Part shown: piece by piece, positions 1 through 12,509 of the stretch | How the letters are laid out: every line of letters begins with the position of its first letter | Numbering within the stretch: position 1 is the stretch's first letter | NCBI RefSeq assembly: GCF_964213995.1 | Contig: NW_027590159.1 | Coordinates: 434,001 to 498,000 of the forward strand | Direction of reading: 5' to 3' | DNA: 64,000 nucleotides | Source: Mustelus asterias | Taxonomy: Eukaryota | Program-made: the position numbers and the translations under genes | Notes under the pieces: model-generated | What the model was told of the DNA's origin: nothing | The model's database searches: none | The model's input: the letters and a program-made list of their open reading frames with translations, nothing else

Positions 1-720
1 CATCTGGTAATCTATGGCTTTCCTCCTTACCGTTTACCACAACACTATTTTTGTTTCACCTGCAATCTTACTGATCATCCACCGCTGGCTCCCCTTCACA
101 TTCAACTCTAGATCACTAATGTACACGACAAACAGCAAGGGGCCCAGCATCGATCCCTGCAGTACACCACTGGACACAGGCTTCCAGTCACAGGAACAAC
201 CTTCGACCATCATCCTCTGCCTCCTGCCACTCAGCCAATTTTGGATCCAATTTGCCAAATTGCTCTGAATATCATGCGTTCTTACCTGCTTGATCACGCT
301 CCCATTTGCGATCTTGTCAAAAGCCTGAAGTCCATTTAGTCCACATTAACTGCACTTCTCTCATCTACAATTCTAGTCACCTCTTCGAAAGTTTCAGTCA
401 TATTTCTCCGGCACGATCTCCCCTGACAAAGCCATGATGACTTCACTCGGTTAATCCTGCCTCACCAAGTGGTGATTAATTCTGTCCCTCAGAAATGTGT
501 CCAATAGTTTCTCTTCCCCTGACATTAGACTCACAGGCCGGAAATGATCTGTTTTTATCCCCTGCACACTTTATTGAATAATGGTGCCGCATTAATTGTC
601 CTCTTCCCCTCTGGCATCTCGGCTTTAGCCAGGGAAGTTATAAAAATTAGTGCCAGGTCCCTGTAATCTCCGCCCTTGCCTCACACAGCTGCCGAGGATT
701 GGGCCTGGAGATTTATCCAC
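1..720 (-). mobile_element. CR1-type LINE RT fragment (decayed)
   Basis: ORF 34..297 (-) WIQNWLSGRRQRMMVEG...SGVLQGSMLGPLLFVVYISDL is CR1 reverse transcriptase; flanks continue as degraded CR1. Confidence 0.85.
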
Positions 721-1556
721 TTTTAAACCCGTTACAACGGCTAAGACCTCCTTCCTCTCAATATCAATCTGTTCAATTTCATCAGTCTTTTCCTTGCTTT
801 ATATACCTATATCCCGCTTCTCCATGGTGAACACATGCAAAATATCCATTTAATATCTTACCTACAGCTTCAGTTTCACACACAGATTGCCACTTTGGCC
901 CCAAATGCTCCCATTCTTTCTCTGGCTACCTTCCTGCCCTTAAAATACTTACAAAAAAACACTGTGTCTGCCGTCCCAGATGGAATACACAAGGTTACCC
1001 GGTCGCAATTAGCAAAAAGAACAGAAAGTGGCCTCTCCAGCTTCCAGGGGATACAATTATTCTTTATTTCACAATATTGATACACTTATCTGTTCCATTT
1101 TCCTATTTTTAAAAAAAATAATGCTAAGTGCATATTTGCCGCTGCATTTCGTACATTGCAACATGAAAGTATTTAATTGGCTCCTGACAGCTTTCGGAGG
1201 TATGTTTCTGACGATGTTAATCAACCACCGCCCAATCATGGGTGCTGACATTTTTGATAAAATTTCAAAGTAATGTTAAACATAGTGTACTCGCTCTTTC
1301 AATATCTCCCTTGTCTTCTCCATCCTCACCTCCAACAACAAGAGTGAGGAGCTCATGGAGCGTTCTTGTCACTAAGATTGAGACAACCTGATCAGTTGCC
1401 TCTGCTGCTTCCCTCCCTTCTACCAGCCCATCGAAGAAAATAACTTCGGACATTCGAAGCTATCACGGTAATAATAGGCTTTCTGTTCCTGTAACATTTG
1501 CGATTGAGCTTTTGTTTTCCTGTAGTTGTTGAGGTATGGCCGCAATCAAAATGTGG

Positions 1557-1880
1557 AGGTGGTGGCCTGGAGGTATTGTCACTGGATTAATTATCCAGAA
1601 ACCCACTGTAATGGTCTGGAGACACGTGCTCGAATCCTACGATGGCAGATGGTGACAACTGAATTCAAAAATATGGAATTAAAGGTCTAATGATGACTAT
1701 GAAACGATTGTCGTAAAACCCGGTCTGGTTCATTGATGTCCTTTAGGGAAGGTAATGTCCTTACCTCGTCTAGCCTACATGTGACTTCAGACCCACAACA
1801 ATGCAGCTGATTCTGAAATACCCTCCGAAATGGAGGGCAGTTGTGAATAGGCCAGCGATCCCCACATCCCCTGAACGCAT
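1557..1880 (+). mobile_element. Deu-domain SINE (SacSINE1-like)
   Basis: tRNA-like head, then ...atggcagatggtg...ctggttcattgatgtcctttagggaagg...cctacatgtgact core; related copies near 27220-27560, 47503-47850 and 53688-54035. Confidence 0.6.
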
Positions 1881-3176
1881 TTTATAAAATCCCAATACCA
1901 CAGGAATTTCTGTTTGGGCTATTTACACATTCATCCTCTCGATGTATCCATGGAAAGATAGAACCATAGAAATGATACAGAACAGAAGTGGCATTTGGCC
2001 GATTCTTTCCATGCTGATCCAAGGACACCGGTTCTAATCCTATTTTCCTGCACACGGCTTATTGCCCTGCAAATTACAGCAGTTAAGGTGCAGATCCAAG
2101 GACTTTACAAACGAATTGAGTCAAGCATTCACCACAATGATTCAGTGCCAACATTTAAATGTTGCCCATTGTTGACCAACATTGCTCAAATGTTGCTACA
2201 AAGTAAGGAGCATTGAAACTTTCCATTTTCACTTAGACACTGAAGAATCTCCTCTCAAAATGAAACCGAAATCAATTCCTCTTTAACGATGTGCATTTAT
2301 TGTTTTATCTGAAAAGCACATTCATATGATGCTGTTTACCTAATGTGAAAAAAATATTTAGATTGGTAAAAATGGAGAACTGAGCTGCATTGACATAGTT
2401 GGAGGAACACACAAAAACATGTACACCGGAAGTGACCGAGGCCTGAGGAGAGACATGCATCCAGTACACAAGAAAGCCACTAACTTCGCTCAATTGTTCT
2501 TCAATCGTTCAGCTGTTCTTCAAACTATGATTTACAGCATCGTAGATGACTCTTCCCCGCTGATTGAACAGTTAACACTTGCCTTGGCTGTTGTTTTTAC
2601 TGCAATGGTACATAAGCAAAGGAGAAGATATAGGGCATCTGAACTCCCGAGCCTTGGCCGATCCTCAGTAATATCGGCAGGATTGGAATATGTGTGGGCA
2701 GAACACCCTCACCCCCGAAGGATTTCTAATTCATCGCCGAAACCACCAGTCCTCAAATACTCAAATACATGGTCATGCACGTGCTTTTCATATAATATCA
2801 TCTTGGCTGCAGGAGAGCAGCTCGCTATTCCGCCCATCTTGTCCATGTCAGTTCACTGGAAGATCACTTTAACTGGTTCTACACACGCTCCCTTTTCCAC
2901 ATCAGTTCAAATTCGTGTTGTCTCTCCTTGTTCTCCACGGCAAATTAAAACATCGTACAATCCACTTAAAATTATGCTGCTACTTATCCACTCCAATGGC
3001 TTGACTGAAAAGATTTAAAATCTAAACAAAATAAACTTTGGCAGGAGTGGGAGTCAAAAACATACGTCCATCAAGACTAGAGTCGTCATCGAGTGCATTA
3101 GACCCACTCACCCACGTCACCATGCAAACCACAAAAACAACGTTTGCCTTCAATTACATTGATATTGTTGCAGAAT

Positions 3177-3450
3177 AAAGTTTATTTATTAGTCAAAAGT
3201 AAGGCTTACATTAACATTCAAATGAAGTTACTGAGAAAGCCCCTTAATCGCCACATTCCGGCGCTTGTTCGGGTCAATGCACCCTAACCAGCACGTCTTT
3301 CAAATTGTGGGTGGAAACCGGAGCACCGGGAGGAAACCCACGCAGACATGGGGAAAACGTGCAAACTCCACACGGACGGTGACTGAAGCCGGGAATCGAA
3401 TCCAGGTCCGTGGTGCTGTGAGACAGCAGTGCTAACCACTGTGCCACCCA
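3177..3450 (-). mobile_element. V-domain tRNA-derived SINE (HE1-like)
   Basis: Reverse complement has GGTGGCACAGTGGTTAGCACTGCTG head and V core GTGTGGAGTTTGCACG...GCGTGGGTTTCCTCC...TGCTCCGGTTTC. Confidence 0.8.
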
Positions 3451-3742
3451 TGTACACGAATCCCACTTTCCAGCATTTGGCCCAGAGCTTTGAATGTTAT
3501 GGTATTGCTGGTGTTCATACATTTTAATAGGTTGTGATGAATGCCTCATCTACTACCCACCAAGGCAGTGCATTTCGGTCTCCCACCAGCCTCTGGGTGA
3601 AAACATTTTCCTCAAAACCCCAGTAAACTTTCGGCACCTCACCGTAACATTATGCCCCCTCTTTATTGACCCTTCAAATCAGGGTAGCAGCTGCTTCCTA
3701 TCCACCCTGTCCATGCTCCTCGTAACCTCATACACCTCAATC

Positions 3743-4018
3743 GTCCTTCGGGAAAAAGATACAAAAGTCTGACGTCACGTACCCACCGACTCAAGAACAG
3801 CTTCTTCCTTGCGGCTGTCAGACTTTTGAATGGAATTGACTTGCATTAAATTGATCTTTCTCTACACCCTAGCTATGACTGTAAGACTACATTCTGCACT
3901 CTCTCATTTCATTCTCTATGAACGGTATGTTTTGTCTGTATAGCGCGCAAGAAACAATACTTTTCACTGTACGTTAATACATGTGACAACAATAAATCAA
4001 ATCAAACCAAATCAAATC
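3743..4018 (+). mobile_element. Rex1/Babar-like LINE 3' end inserted in a CR1 remnant
   Basis: Encodes PSGKRYKSLTSRTHRLKNSFFLAAVRLLNG and ends in a (CAAAT)n tail; host sequence cctcaatc|aggtc is split with AATC on both sides. Confidence 0.7.
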
Positions 4019-4813
4019 AGGTCCCACCTCAGCCTTGTTGTGCCCCCAGAGAAGAGTGGAGAACTTAAGTGTGTATCTTTATGGGAGAATTGGATATTAA
4101 ATTATTCGCATGAGTTCTGCTCCGGGCTCTGAGAATCATTCCCGTGGCTTGTGATTCCTGGTGTGTCAGCGTTCGGTTCGAATGTAGTGCCATGTCTGCC
4201 TTGGGGATATTTGATGGGACAATGCAGAATTAACCGCATGCTTCAATACAGTGCATTCAGTCAGGTCAGCATGCCCCTGCTCTGTCATGGAAACCGATGT
4301 GTGAATGTGACAGGCTATTATGTGAAAAAGTCAGAAATGCTGACTGTGCCGTCAATCAGCTTCCGCCACTTTATAACAAAAGGCAGGTGTAGATGGAACA
4401 CTGGGTGACACAGCGGCTCCTTCACTGAAGTGTAGTAGGTTCGATAAAAATCCAAACAGGATTGAATAAAAAGCTGTGTGGGTTAAAAGCGGCGGCATGA
4501 GAGAAGGGGCGTTCGGTTTTGAAAATAGCGCAATTAGGATATGTCGTGCAGCTAGGCAGTTAACAACCTCGACATTACGTACTTTGTAATTCAAGATTTA
4601 TTTACAATTTCATAGAGAACACTTTATGGAAACATATAATTTAAAGTTGACCCCAGGTGAATATACAAACTGAGCGTCACAATGAGAACAGAATATTGAT
4701 CGTTTAAACAGCCAATTGTCTAAAACTATCTCAAACTGGAGAGAAAAAAACGGGGCCTCGACATAAAATGCAGTGAACAATGCTAATGAGAAATAACGAC
4801 TAATTAACAATAC

Positions 4814-5020
4814 GAAGTCTCACAACACCAGGTTAAAGCCCAAAATGTTTATTTGGTATCATGAGCTTTTGGAGAGCTGCTCCTTCATCAGGTGACTCAC
4901 TTGATGAAGGAGCAGCGCTCCGAAAGCTTGTGATATCAAATAAACCCGTTGCACTTTAACCTGGTTTTGTGAGACTTATTACTGTGCACACTCCAGTCCA
5001 ATGCCGGCATTTTAACATCA
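4814..5020. mobile_element. Penelope-like inverted-repeat (hairpin) element
   Basis: 4814-4978 is a ~165 bp imperfect palindrome centred on caggtgactcacttg, with the tgatgaaggagcagcgctccgaaagc motif. Confidence 0.65.
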
Positions 5021-5416
5021 TCATTAGTTTACAAATCAATTCAAACAATGGCGACACTCAAAGATACAATCATACTATCGACATGATTATCTCATTCAAT
5101 TAAAAAAAAGTAACAGAAATCCAGCTTATATTGCAACCTCGATTTTGGATTCGGATCTGTTCACTGGAGGCACTATAACTTTGAGGATCACGATGATAAC
5201 GTACTTTAATTCCACAGCACCATTTTGTGAATAAACGGATGGGTAAATACCACACGATTTCCGAAACTCAATCAATTACTCCACCTCCAAAGAGAAATAA
5301 AATGACTAAACAGCCGTTTTATGTCTTTGAGACATTTAACTGAAAGCTCTTATTAATTGAGACTTCTGGACATTTTTCAATCTTCTCCTATCTGATTCAA
5401 ATGTGAGTAGATTGAA

Positions 5417-5553
5417 TCATCTCACCTTCAACAGAGTGACTGCAGCGCTGTAGGACATGCTTAGGAAGAACAGGACTATGAATGTAGAAGCGGTTGTCCA
5501 GATGTTGCTGTTATCATCCTCCTTGACTGCAATCCTGATGGACTCTGTGGAAT
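5417..5553 (-). CDS. IGHM: IgH transmembrane exon (D)STESIRIAVKEDDNSNIWTTASTFIVLFFLSMSYSAAVTLLK-VR*
   Basis: AG acceptor at 5555-5554, phase 1 matching the CH4 internal donor; CART-type motif WTTASTFIVLFFLS-SYSAAVTL; open frame; after AAG the sequence GTGAGATGA is either a splice donor or V-R-stop. Confidence 0.93.
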
Positions 5554-5939
5554 CTACGGGATGATATAGGGGACACTTTTAGTTCTTCTGTTAACCTAGG
5601 TTATTATTTTGGTTGCTCGTCTTTTATTTCTTCAAGGTATTATGTTGTTTTCTGATATAATTTTCAATCCTATCTGTTATTAACTTAATCGCATAATGCA
5701 ATTTTCAATACATATATTATTAAGTTAACCTCTCTCAGCAAGATAAGGTGTTACAATGTCCACAACCGTTCTTCTTTTATTTTCCTCATACAGCCCGTTT
5801 TCGCAAATACATGTTATTCCTCAATCTTAGGCGTCCATTTAGTCTGGTGTAATTTTCTGCCAACTGTCACTAAACAATACTCTGAAGACTAAACAGGTGA
5901 AGTTAACTAATATGGACTGAGTGACTTGGGTCTACATTC

Positions 5940-6560
5940 TCCCCAGCTTAGAACAATGAGAGGAGATCACATGGAAACAAAATAATCCGAAAGGATTTGA
6001 CAAGCTAGACACTGAAATGTCGTTTCCGCTGGTTCCAAAGGGCATATCCCTTGGATAATTATGAGTTAACTTAGGTCTGAGATGACGAGGCATTCCTTTA
6101 TTATGATTATGAATATTTGGAGCCTCTTCCCCAGAGGATACTGGATCATCTCTACCAGCTCGACCTTTGCCTCTGGTTCCATTTGTGCATCGCCGGTGTC
6201 TGCCGTTGTGAGCGTATTCTCTCTACTTCAAATGAATTAGAGGAGATCGCATTGAAACGAAATCATCCCAATGGGTTTGACATGACAGACACTGAGAGAT
6301 TGTTTCCTCTGGTTCTGGAATCCACAATAATGGGGCATAGCCTTTGGATATGTGGGTTGTAGTTTAGGGCTGAGATAAGGAGTCACTCCCTTACTTAGGA
6401 TTATGAATCTCGGACGTTATTTGCCCTAGAGGACTGTTGCCCACTGTGGAATATGTTTAGGGCTGAAGTAGACATACTTTTGGTTTTTCAGGTAAGCAAA
6501 GGACATGGGGAATGGGTGGGAAATTGGAGTAGGACGCAATATCAGGCATGATCGTATTAA
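5940..6560 (+). mobile_element. Two tandem decayed CR1 3' fragments
   Basis: Two similar segments (~5945 and ~6235) matching CR1 3' end (gaggagatc...ttgaca...gacactga...tttcc..tggtt). Confidence 0.6.
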
Positions 6561-6595
6561 ATATTAAAGTAACTCACATTTGGCCTCTTGTCTAG

Positions 6596-6940
6596 TCATA
6601 TAATCCCTACTGTCCAGAAGAGGCCATTCGGCCATCAAGTCTGCACCAACTCTTGGCAAAGGTGCATTACCCAAGCTCTCTGCCGCCATATCCCCGTAAC
6701 TCCTCATATTCCCCATGGCTAATCCATGTAACCTAAATATCTTGGGACACGACGTGCAAGTTAGCAACATCAATCCAGCTAACCTGCTCATCTTTGGATT
6801 GTGGGCAGAAACCAGAGTACTCAGAGGAAACCTATGCAGACACACAGGAAGAATGTGTAAACTCCACACAGACAGCCACCTAAGGCCCGAATTAAACCGG
6901 TGTCCCTGCATCTGTGAGGCAGCAGAGCTAACAACTGTGT
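6596..6940 (-). mobile_element. V-SINE (HE1-like)
   Basis: V core on minus strand (plus-strand aaactccacacagacag) and CR1-derived tail aggccattcggcc. Confidence 0.75.
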
Positions 6941-7879
6941 CACTGATAGTATTTTCTATTTACTCCTGATCTACCAAGAAGATTTTAGAGAAAAGTACAG
7001 ATAGCCATTTATTGTGGTATTGTAAATGATAACAGGTAATAGATCGGAAGAATTACATTTTTTGTTTGTGTAGGTTTGGCAAATAATTTATTCACGTCAG
7101 TTTCTAAAGGAGAACGTTTTCAGCCTTTGACAGGCCAATATGTATTGAAATCACGTTTTACAAAATGTGTCTCTTAGGAAACCGACTTCAATATTAATTG
7201 TCCCTATAGCCTTCCGTTTTGGTTTGTGTTTTAGTCTTTGTATATGTGTGTAGGAGGATAATGCTGACCTGCTTTATTCTTTGATTGTGTGTCCCTGTGT
7301 GTGGGAAGGTGTTACGTGCGCGCATGTCCATATAAATATGTGAAAAAGAGACTTTTCGAAGCTTCCCATCTTGCAGTCAGAGGACAATTGTACGAAGATC
7401 AAATGTAAATGCAGCAATAATTTATACTTCATGACAAAAGAGTGCAGATTGGTTGGCAAGTAAACTGTGATTGGTAGAGGGGTTCCAGGGCGAATGTACC
7501 TGTGAATCGTTGGTTGACAGTTAACTGCCAAGCTTTGTTTAAATTCAGACAAGGCACTTTAACCCTGATTGGTGAAGACATTGCTCTGAGGAATGAATCA
7601 GAGTGTTCTGTCGTCTACTTTGTTCAGATGGAACAGACACAATGTCTGTACAGTTATTTCTGTCTGAAAAGCAGCTTTTAACACAGTTAGTTGCACAACA
7701 CTCACCACTTTCTTCCGAAGAATTATAAATTGGTGTTTCTTTTATATTTATTATTCTTGTGAAGAGCCTGGTGAGTGCAATATGTACAGCTTCAACATGT
7801 CTCCTTTTCAGCGATACGCAACTTCTGTACTACCATATGAATATTTGATTGTTAATGTTTTCATATGAAAATGATGTGC

Positions 7880-8490
7880 ATTATGTGTATTTATTAGTCC
7901 GCGTCAATGGGCATATTTTATGTTTGTCCATTCCTATGCATCAATGTATGTTTTAATATTTCTGCTTGTGTGTGTATTTGACTGTTAATGTTAGGCAGTG
8001 AGTGTTTATGTGCTGGAGTCCATATTTAGGTGTTATTGAGTGTGTTACTGTGGGCTCATATGTTCATATGTTTATGACTCAGTTTGTGTGCCGGTGTGTT
8101 TATGAATATTGTAATGTTTTTGTCCTTGTGTGTACATTTGATATAGATTTCACTCATGTGTATGTGCGCACATATGTGTTGAATCATTTGTATCTCTCGC
8201 TTTCTGCCAATGGGTCTGCTAATGGGTGTTTTTCACAGTCAGAGTATGCTCACTATTTTGGCTATGCTTGGGTCTGAGAATCTGTTGGCCTGTGTTTGTG
8301 AATGCCTGTTTGAGTTTTTTATTGCGAGTGTATGTGTGTCAATGTGTATGATCGTCTTAAACGAATGGTTTTTTTTTAATTTGCGAGAGGTAATGATTTA
8401 TTGATGTTTACGTTTGTATTTGCTTCTCGGTCTGTGAGCGTGTTTGTGGTGATATACATGCCTGTGTTTATCTGTTTTCTGTGTGTCAGC
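7880..8490. repeat. Degenerate GT-rich simple repeat
   Basis: TG/TA-rich low-complexity sequence in the CH4-TM intron. Confidence 0.6.
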
Positions 8491-8779
8491 AATTGAAAAT
8501 GATCATTACTGCTCCAAGTTTCACCGAGTACAATGAACCGGAACTGGCCCTGCCAGAGTATATTAACAGAATAGTGGCCTCATTCTGAAGACATGTAGTG
8601 TAATGTGAGCTGCAATGTGACAACAAACTGAACGAAAGAACAATTCAAATTTAGAACAGGAAAAATCGGGTGGGCTTCATTCACTGGTGAAGTTTTGGGT
8701 AGCTAGAATTTAATGCATCATACTTTTAACAGATTTGAACCAATAGCAGCTGACTGTACATAATAGGTTCCTTTCTAAT

Positions 8780-9010
8780 TTCTCTGCTTGGCGGATCGGA
8801 GTATAATTGGTTTACAATTGCCCTTACCCCTGTCTCTGGTGCCAGAGTGAGTATAATGGGCTAGCAAAAGCACTTCCTCCTCTCTCTCTGGTGCCAGAGT
8901 CAGTATAATGGGTTAACAATTGCCCTTTCTCCTGTCTCTCGTCATGACAGATTGAGAATAATGGATTAACAATGGCCATTTTCTTTACAATCTCTGGTGG
9001 GTGAGTGGAG
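8780..9010. repeat. ~52 bp tandem repeat, about 4 copies
   Basis: Unit tctctggtgccagagt(g/c)agtataatgggttaacaattgccctt recurs. Confidence 0.7.
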
Positions 9011-9503
9011 ACGTGGGAAGACAGTGAGTTCATGATTTCCTTTTATCCCCTGTCTGTTTGGGAAGTGCGTATCTGTGGGTTAAGTAGACCAGTGTCCCAG
9101 CGACGGCGGGGGAGGATAGCTTCATTTCTTTTTCTTATGTTGCTTTGACTTCAGTTCCCACTGGGCGCCATGCGGCAACGTAGAAGTGATCAAAGCTTTG
9201 ATGGAGTTGACAACACGAGAAACGAATCGTCTATATTTTAAAGTGACTGCACATCACCAGTAACTGGATGAACGTTGCTGAAGTTACTCAGCGGGATCAT
9301 GGAATTAATTATCATCAATTTGTCGTTATTTGGTGCTCCAACGCAATTTGGAGCGCAGGTTTTCTGAGCCTAAGGCAAGAGACTGGCAAGTAACTTCCGT
9401 CAGGGGAGCAGTTTTTATTCTCGTGGCTAACACTGGAAGCAAGATTAATGAGCAAGTTTTATGTTTATCTCACAGGTAGAAGGGGGAAAAAAACGTTATT
9501 ATT

Positions 9504-9509
9504 TTTATT
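9504..9509 (-). terminator. Secretory-form polyadenylation signal
   Basis: AATAAA on minus strand ~27 nt after the ancestral secretory stop at 9537-9539. Confidence 0.75.
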
Positions 9510-9536
9510 GCGTCTCGAAACACAACCGACAGATTT

Positions 9537-9922
9537 TTACTGACATTAATGAACGGTGTTCATCAGCGCAATCTTCACAAAACTGGGTTTACCGCTGGAT
9601 TTCTTAGCCGTTCTGATGATGGTCTTCAAGGGGAAGGCTTCCTGTCCCACCACACAGGAGTAAGAAATGTCGCTGGCCCACTCTTCTGCTGCAATGGATA
9701 ACAGGCTGGACATGAAGTAGGAGCTATTGCCGTTCTCCGCCACCACCTCGGTGTTCTTGTAGTTCCCAGGATTCACCAGCTTGCCATTGACGGTCCACTT
9801 GACGAAGATGTCTGGGGGGGAGAAACCTCTCACTAAGCAGCTGAGGTAAATGAATCTCTGAGTGAAGGCTTCTTCTGCCGAGGGCAGGGGGATAAAGATG
9901 GATGGTTCCCGCGGATTTGGAT
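9537..9922 (-). pseudogene. IGHM: IgM CH4 exon (9593-9922) plus damaged secretory tailpiece
   Basis: [17 protein letters not shown]...[21 protein letters not shown] is shark C-mu4 with both Cys; internal donor G|GTAAA at 9593/9592; tail reads [17 protein letters not shown]. Confidence 0.93.
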
Positions 9923-9950
9923 CTGCAGACAATGTATAATAAATGTCAAT

Positions 9951-10659
9951 TGTTAAGGACCTGATATGAAATTCCAAGGTATTTTATGAAGTTAGCCTCG
10001 ACCCTAACTTTGACATCTGATTTGGCATTAGGGTGAGTATAAGGTGTTTCAATCCAGGTATGATTCAAGTGTCCCACTAGGAAGCTTTTGTCAAAACAAA
10101 CATTATTTAACAACACAGTTCAAAAATAACCAAAAGAACTGGCATAAGTTTACCAATTAAAGTACTTAAATACGGCATCATGTAATTCTTAACAGCTAGT
10201 TAACAGATGCTTAAATGGGCACTAGATTTCCAGCCTTTTGACACTTCTGAAGAGTGATCCAGACAGACACCTGTCTGTTAATTCTCGTGCAGCAACTCCC
10301 AAACAGAAGAATCCCGGAGAAAAAGGCTTATTTCTTGGCGGATTTCAGTCTCCACTTCAGACAGAGCAAGAGTTGCAGAGGAAGCAACCTCGACCTAAAG
10401 ATCCCAAAAGCAAACTGCCTTGAGTTCTCTGTGAAATCTAGCTTCACTCAATCATAAGACCTTACCTATCCATCAAGCTAATCAAGCCCCAGTTTGCAAT
10501 ATCCCAAGGGAAAACACAAAAGAACAGAATCTGCACTTGTTCAGACCAAAACAGACATTGCAGCAATTAAGATCAATTAGGCTGCTGCGTACAGACAGAG
10601 CAGTTCCGATCATAGAAAAACAAACTGCTACTATTTCATAAAGATACAGTATCGTAACA
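9951..10659. mobile_element. Solo LTR (709 bp)
   Basis: TGTTA...TAACA termini with 4-bp target duplication CAAT at 9947-9950 and 10660-10663. Confidence 0.75.
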
Positions 10660-11138
10660 CAATAAACTGGAAAATGCCGGATACAATGAAACCGCTGGTC
10701 AGATATGAGAGAAATGTGCTTTGTGTTGGATTTTAAAGGTTTCCATTTTTCATTTTGTGACCTGTCCAGTTTCCCAGCTCAGAACAGAGGTGAACAAAAA
10801 TATTTTTCCTGAGCACTTAGCGGGTTGGTCTCGAAATATTGATAAAGTTAACAATATCGATACAGGCCATTCAGTCCTGCTGGCCTGTGTTTGTGTTCAA
10901 GATTCACACTCGGTTCCTCCCACCTTATTCCATCTAAAACCATCACCATGGCCGTCAATTCATTTTTCATTTTTCTATTTCTCATTCTCCCCTTAAAGTC
11001 TCCAGGCACAAAGTGCTTGGTTAGTGGAAATGCCAATCAGGATAAATCAGAAATACACTGAATAGTAAATATTGACCTTTGCATTTACACTCGAAATAGA
11101 AACAATGACTCACTAATCACTTCAACCTCTCCACCCAC

Positions 11139-11426
11139 CTGTTTTCTTGTGGATGGTATTTCTGAAAGGAGTCGGCAGATCCTGATGGCTCACCACGCAG
11201 TCAAACACAGCCCCACTCAGCCAGGCTTGTGTCGAGATGTTTAAGTTGCTGACCTCAGAATCTTCTCCAGACTGGTCGGCAATCTCTGATTTCAAATGCT
11301 TCTTCTCTTGGATCCAGGACACGTTGACTCCAGAAGGAGCATTAGAAATGACCCAGGCTAAGGTTGCGGTCGCCTTCAGTGGTGGTGGCAGTATCGTCAC
11401 TGTGGATTCAAGGCACTGGGGAGGAT
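11139..11426 (-). pseudogene. IGHM: IgM CH3 exon, first Cys lost
   Basis: 288 bp, AG/GT phase 1-1; [37 protein letters not shown]...[19 protein letters not shown]; B-strand Cys is TGG (11353-11355); apparent in-frame deletion after PPP. Confidence 0.92.
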
Positions 11427-12068
11427 CTGTGAATGAATAATGAAAATCAACACAAGTTCCATCTTCAGCATCAGGACAGCAGTATTCAGCCTTCACTTTC
11501 TAAACAGAAATAAATCAACTTTAAGATATTAACCAACGATACTGCCACCACCACTGAAGGCGACCGCAACCTTTGATACACAATGGAAAACCTGCTTGGT
11601 CTGTGAAAACTATTCTCATTGTTAAAGTAGTTCGGCACCGGTATCATTCTAATGAATCTGCATTGCAAATATACCATTTCTGATCTCAAGAAGGCAGTAC
11701 TGACCGATGATTTATATATAATATGAAGACATTTTCCAACATTTTACCCTGAAGTTATTACCTGTACAAGAGTGTCAGACGCCCACTGTCTCTCTCTCTC
11801 TCTCTAAATATTATCAACTGTCTGAGGATAAAGCTGATACCAAGTCCACCTGTCCCACTTTTTGATATCAAACTAGAGGGAAATATCACTTGTTGTTATT
11901 TTAAAATCCTGAATGGTGACCAACTCTAAATATGGTTTTTACTTCAACATGAAACACAAACTATATGGCAGTTAAGCCAAATTTTTCTATGCTTGGTAAT
12001 AATTTTAATTAATGCCTGATTTTGATTAACATCGGAGTGCAAAGTGATATATTGTTTGTGTCTCATAC

Positions 12069-12374
12069 CCAGAGATCCGATGATTATTTGAATGTGGGTG
12101 AGCCCTTGATGAGTGACCTGGCAGGTATAGACCGCGTTGCTGAACCATTCCCCAGCGGAGACTGTCAGCCGACTGCTCGCTGAGAAGTTCCCGTTCACTT
12201 CCCAGGCGGGAGAGATGACAATTCCTGAATCCATGGGCTGTCCATTCTTCAGCCACTTCACCGTCATTGACTTTGGCTAGAAATCGATGATTGAACTGAG
12301 GATGGTTGCAAATTTCCTGCTTGTGATTTCTTCACTGGGACTCACAGTGAGGATAACGATTGGCGGGATTTTCC
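12069..12374 (-). pseudogene. IGHM: IgM CH2 exon with stop codon and Cys loss
   Basis: 306 bp, phase 1-1; [44 protein letters not shown]...[14 protein letters not shown]; TAG at 12277-12279; AGT at the first Cys position. Confidence 0.93.
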
Positions 12375-12509
12375 CTTCAAGAAATGCATGTTCAGCGTTC
12401 TTTTCATTAGTAAATTAATAGCAACAGTTCGAGTTCTTGTATCCTTAACAGGCTAGTTATGGACAACAGAATGATATCAATGGTTTGTTTGAGTGCAAAA
12501 AAAAGGTGA

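Noticed and set aside
1265-1453. Acidic 62-aa minus-strand ORF
   Set aside because: No family match or clear exon boundaries.
2419-3018. 199-aa plus-strand ORF in non-repeat DNA, also considered as TM2/3' UTR
   Set aside because: No recognisable motif on either strand and no convincing TM2 acceptor plus short tail; worth a BLAST but unsupported.
6150-6230. Possible pre-TM spacer exon between CH4 and TM
   Set aside because: No phase 1-1 AG/GT pair giving an open frame; lies between CR1 fragments.
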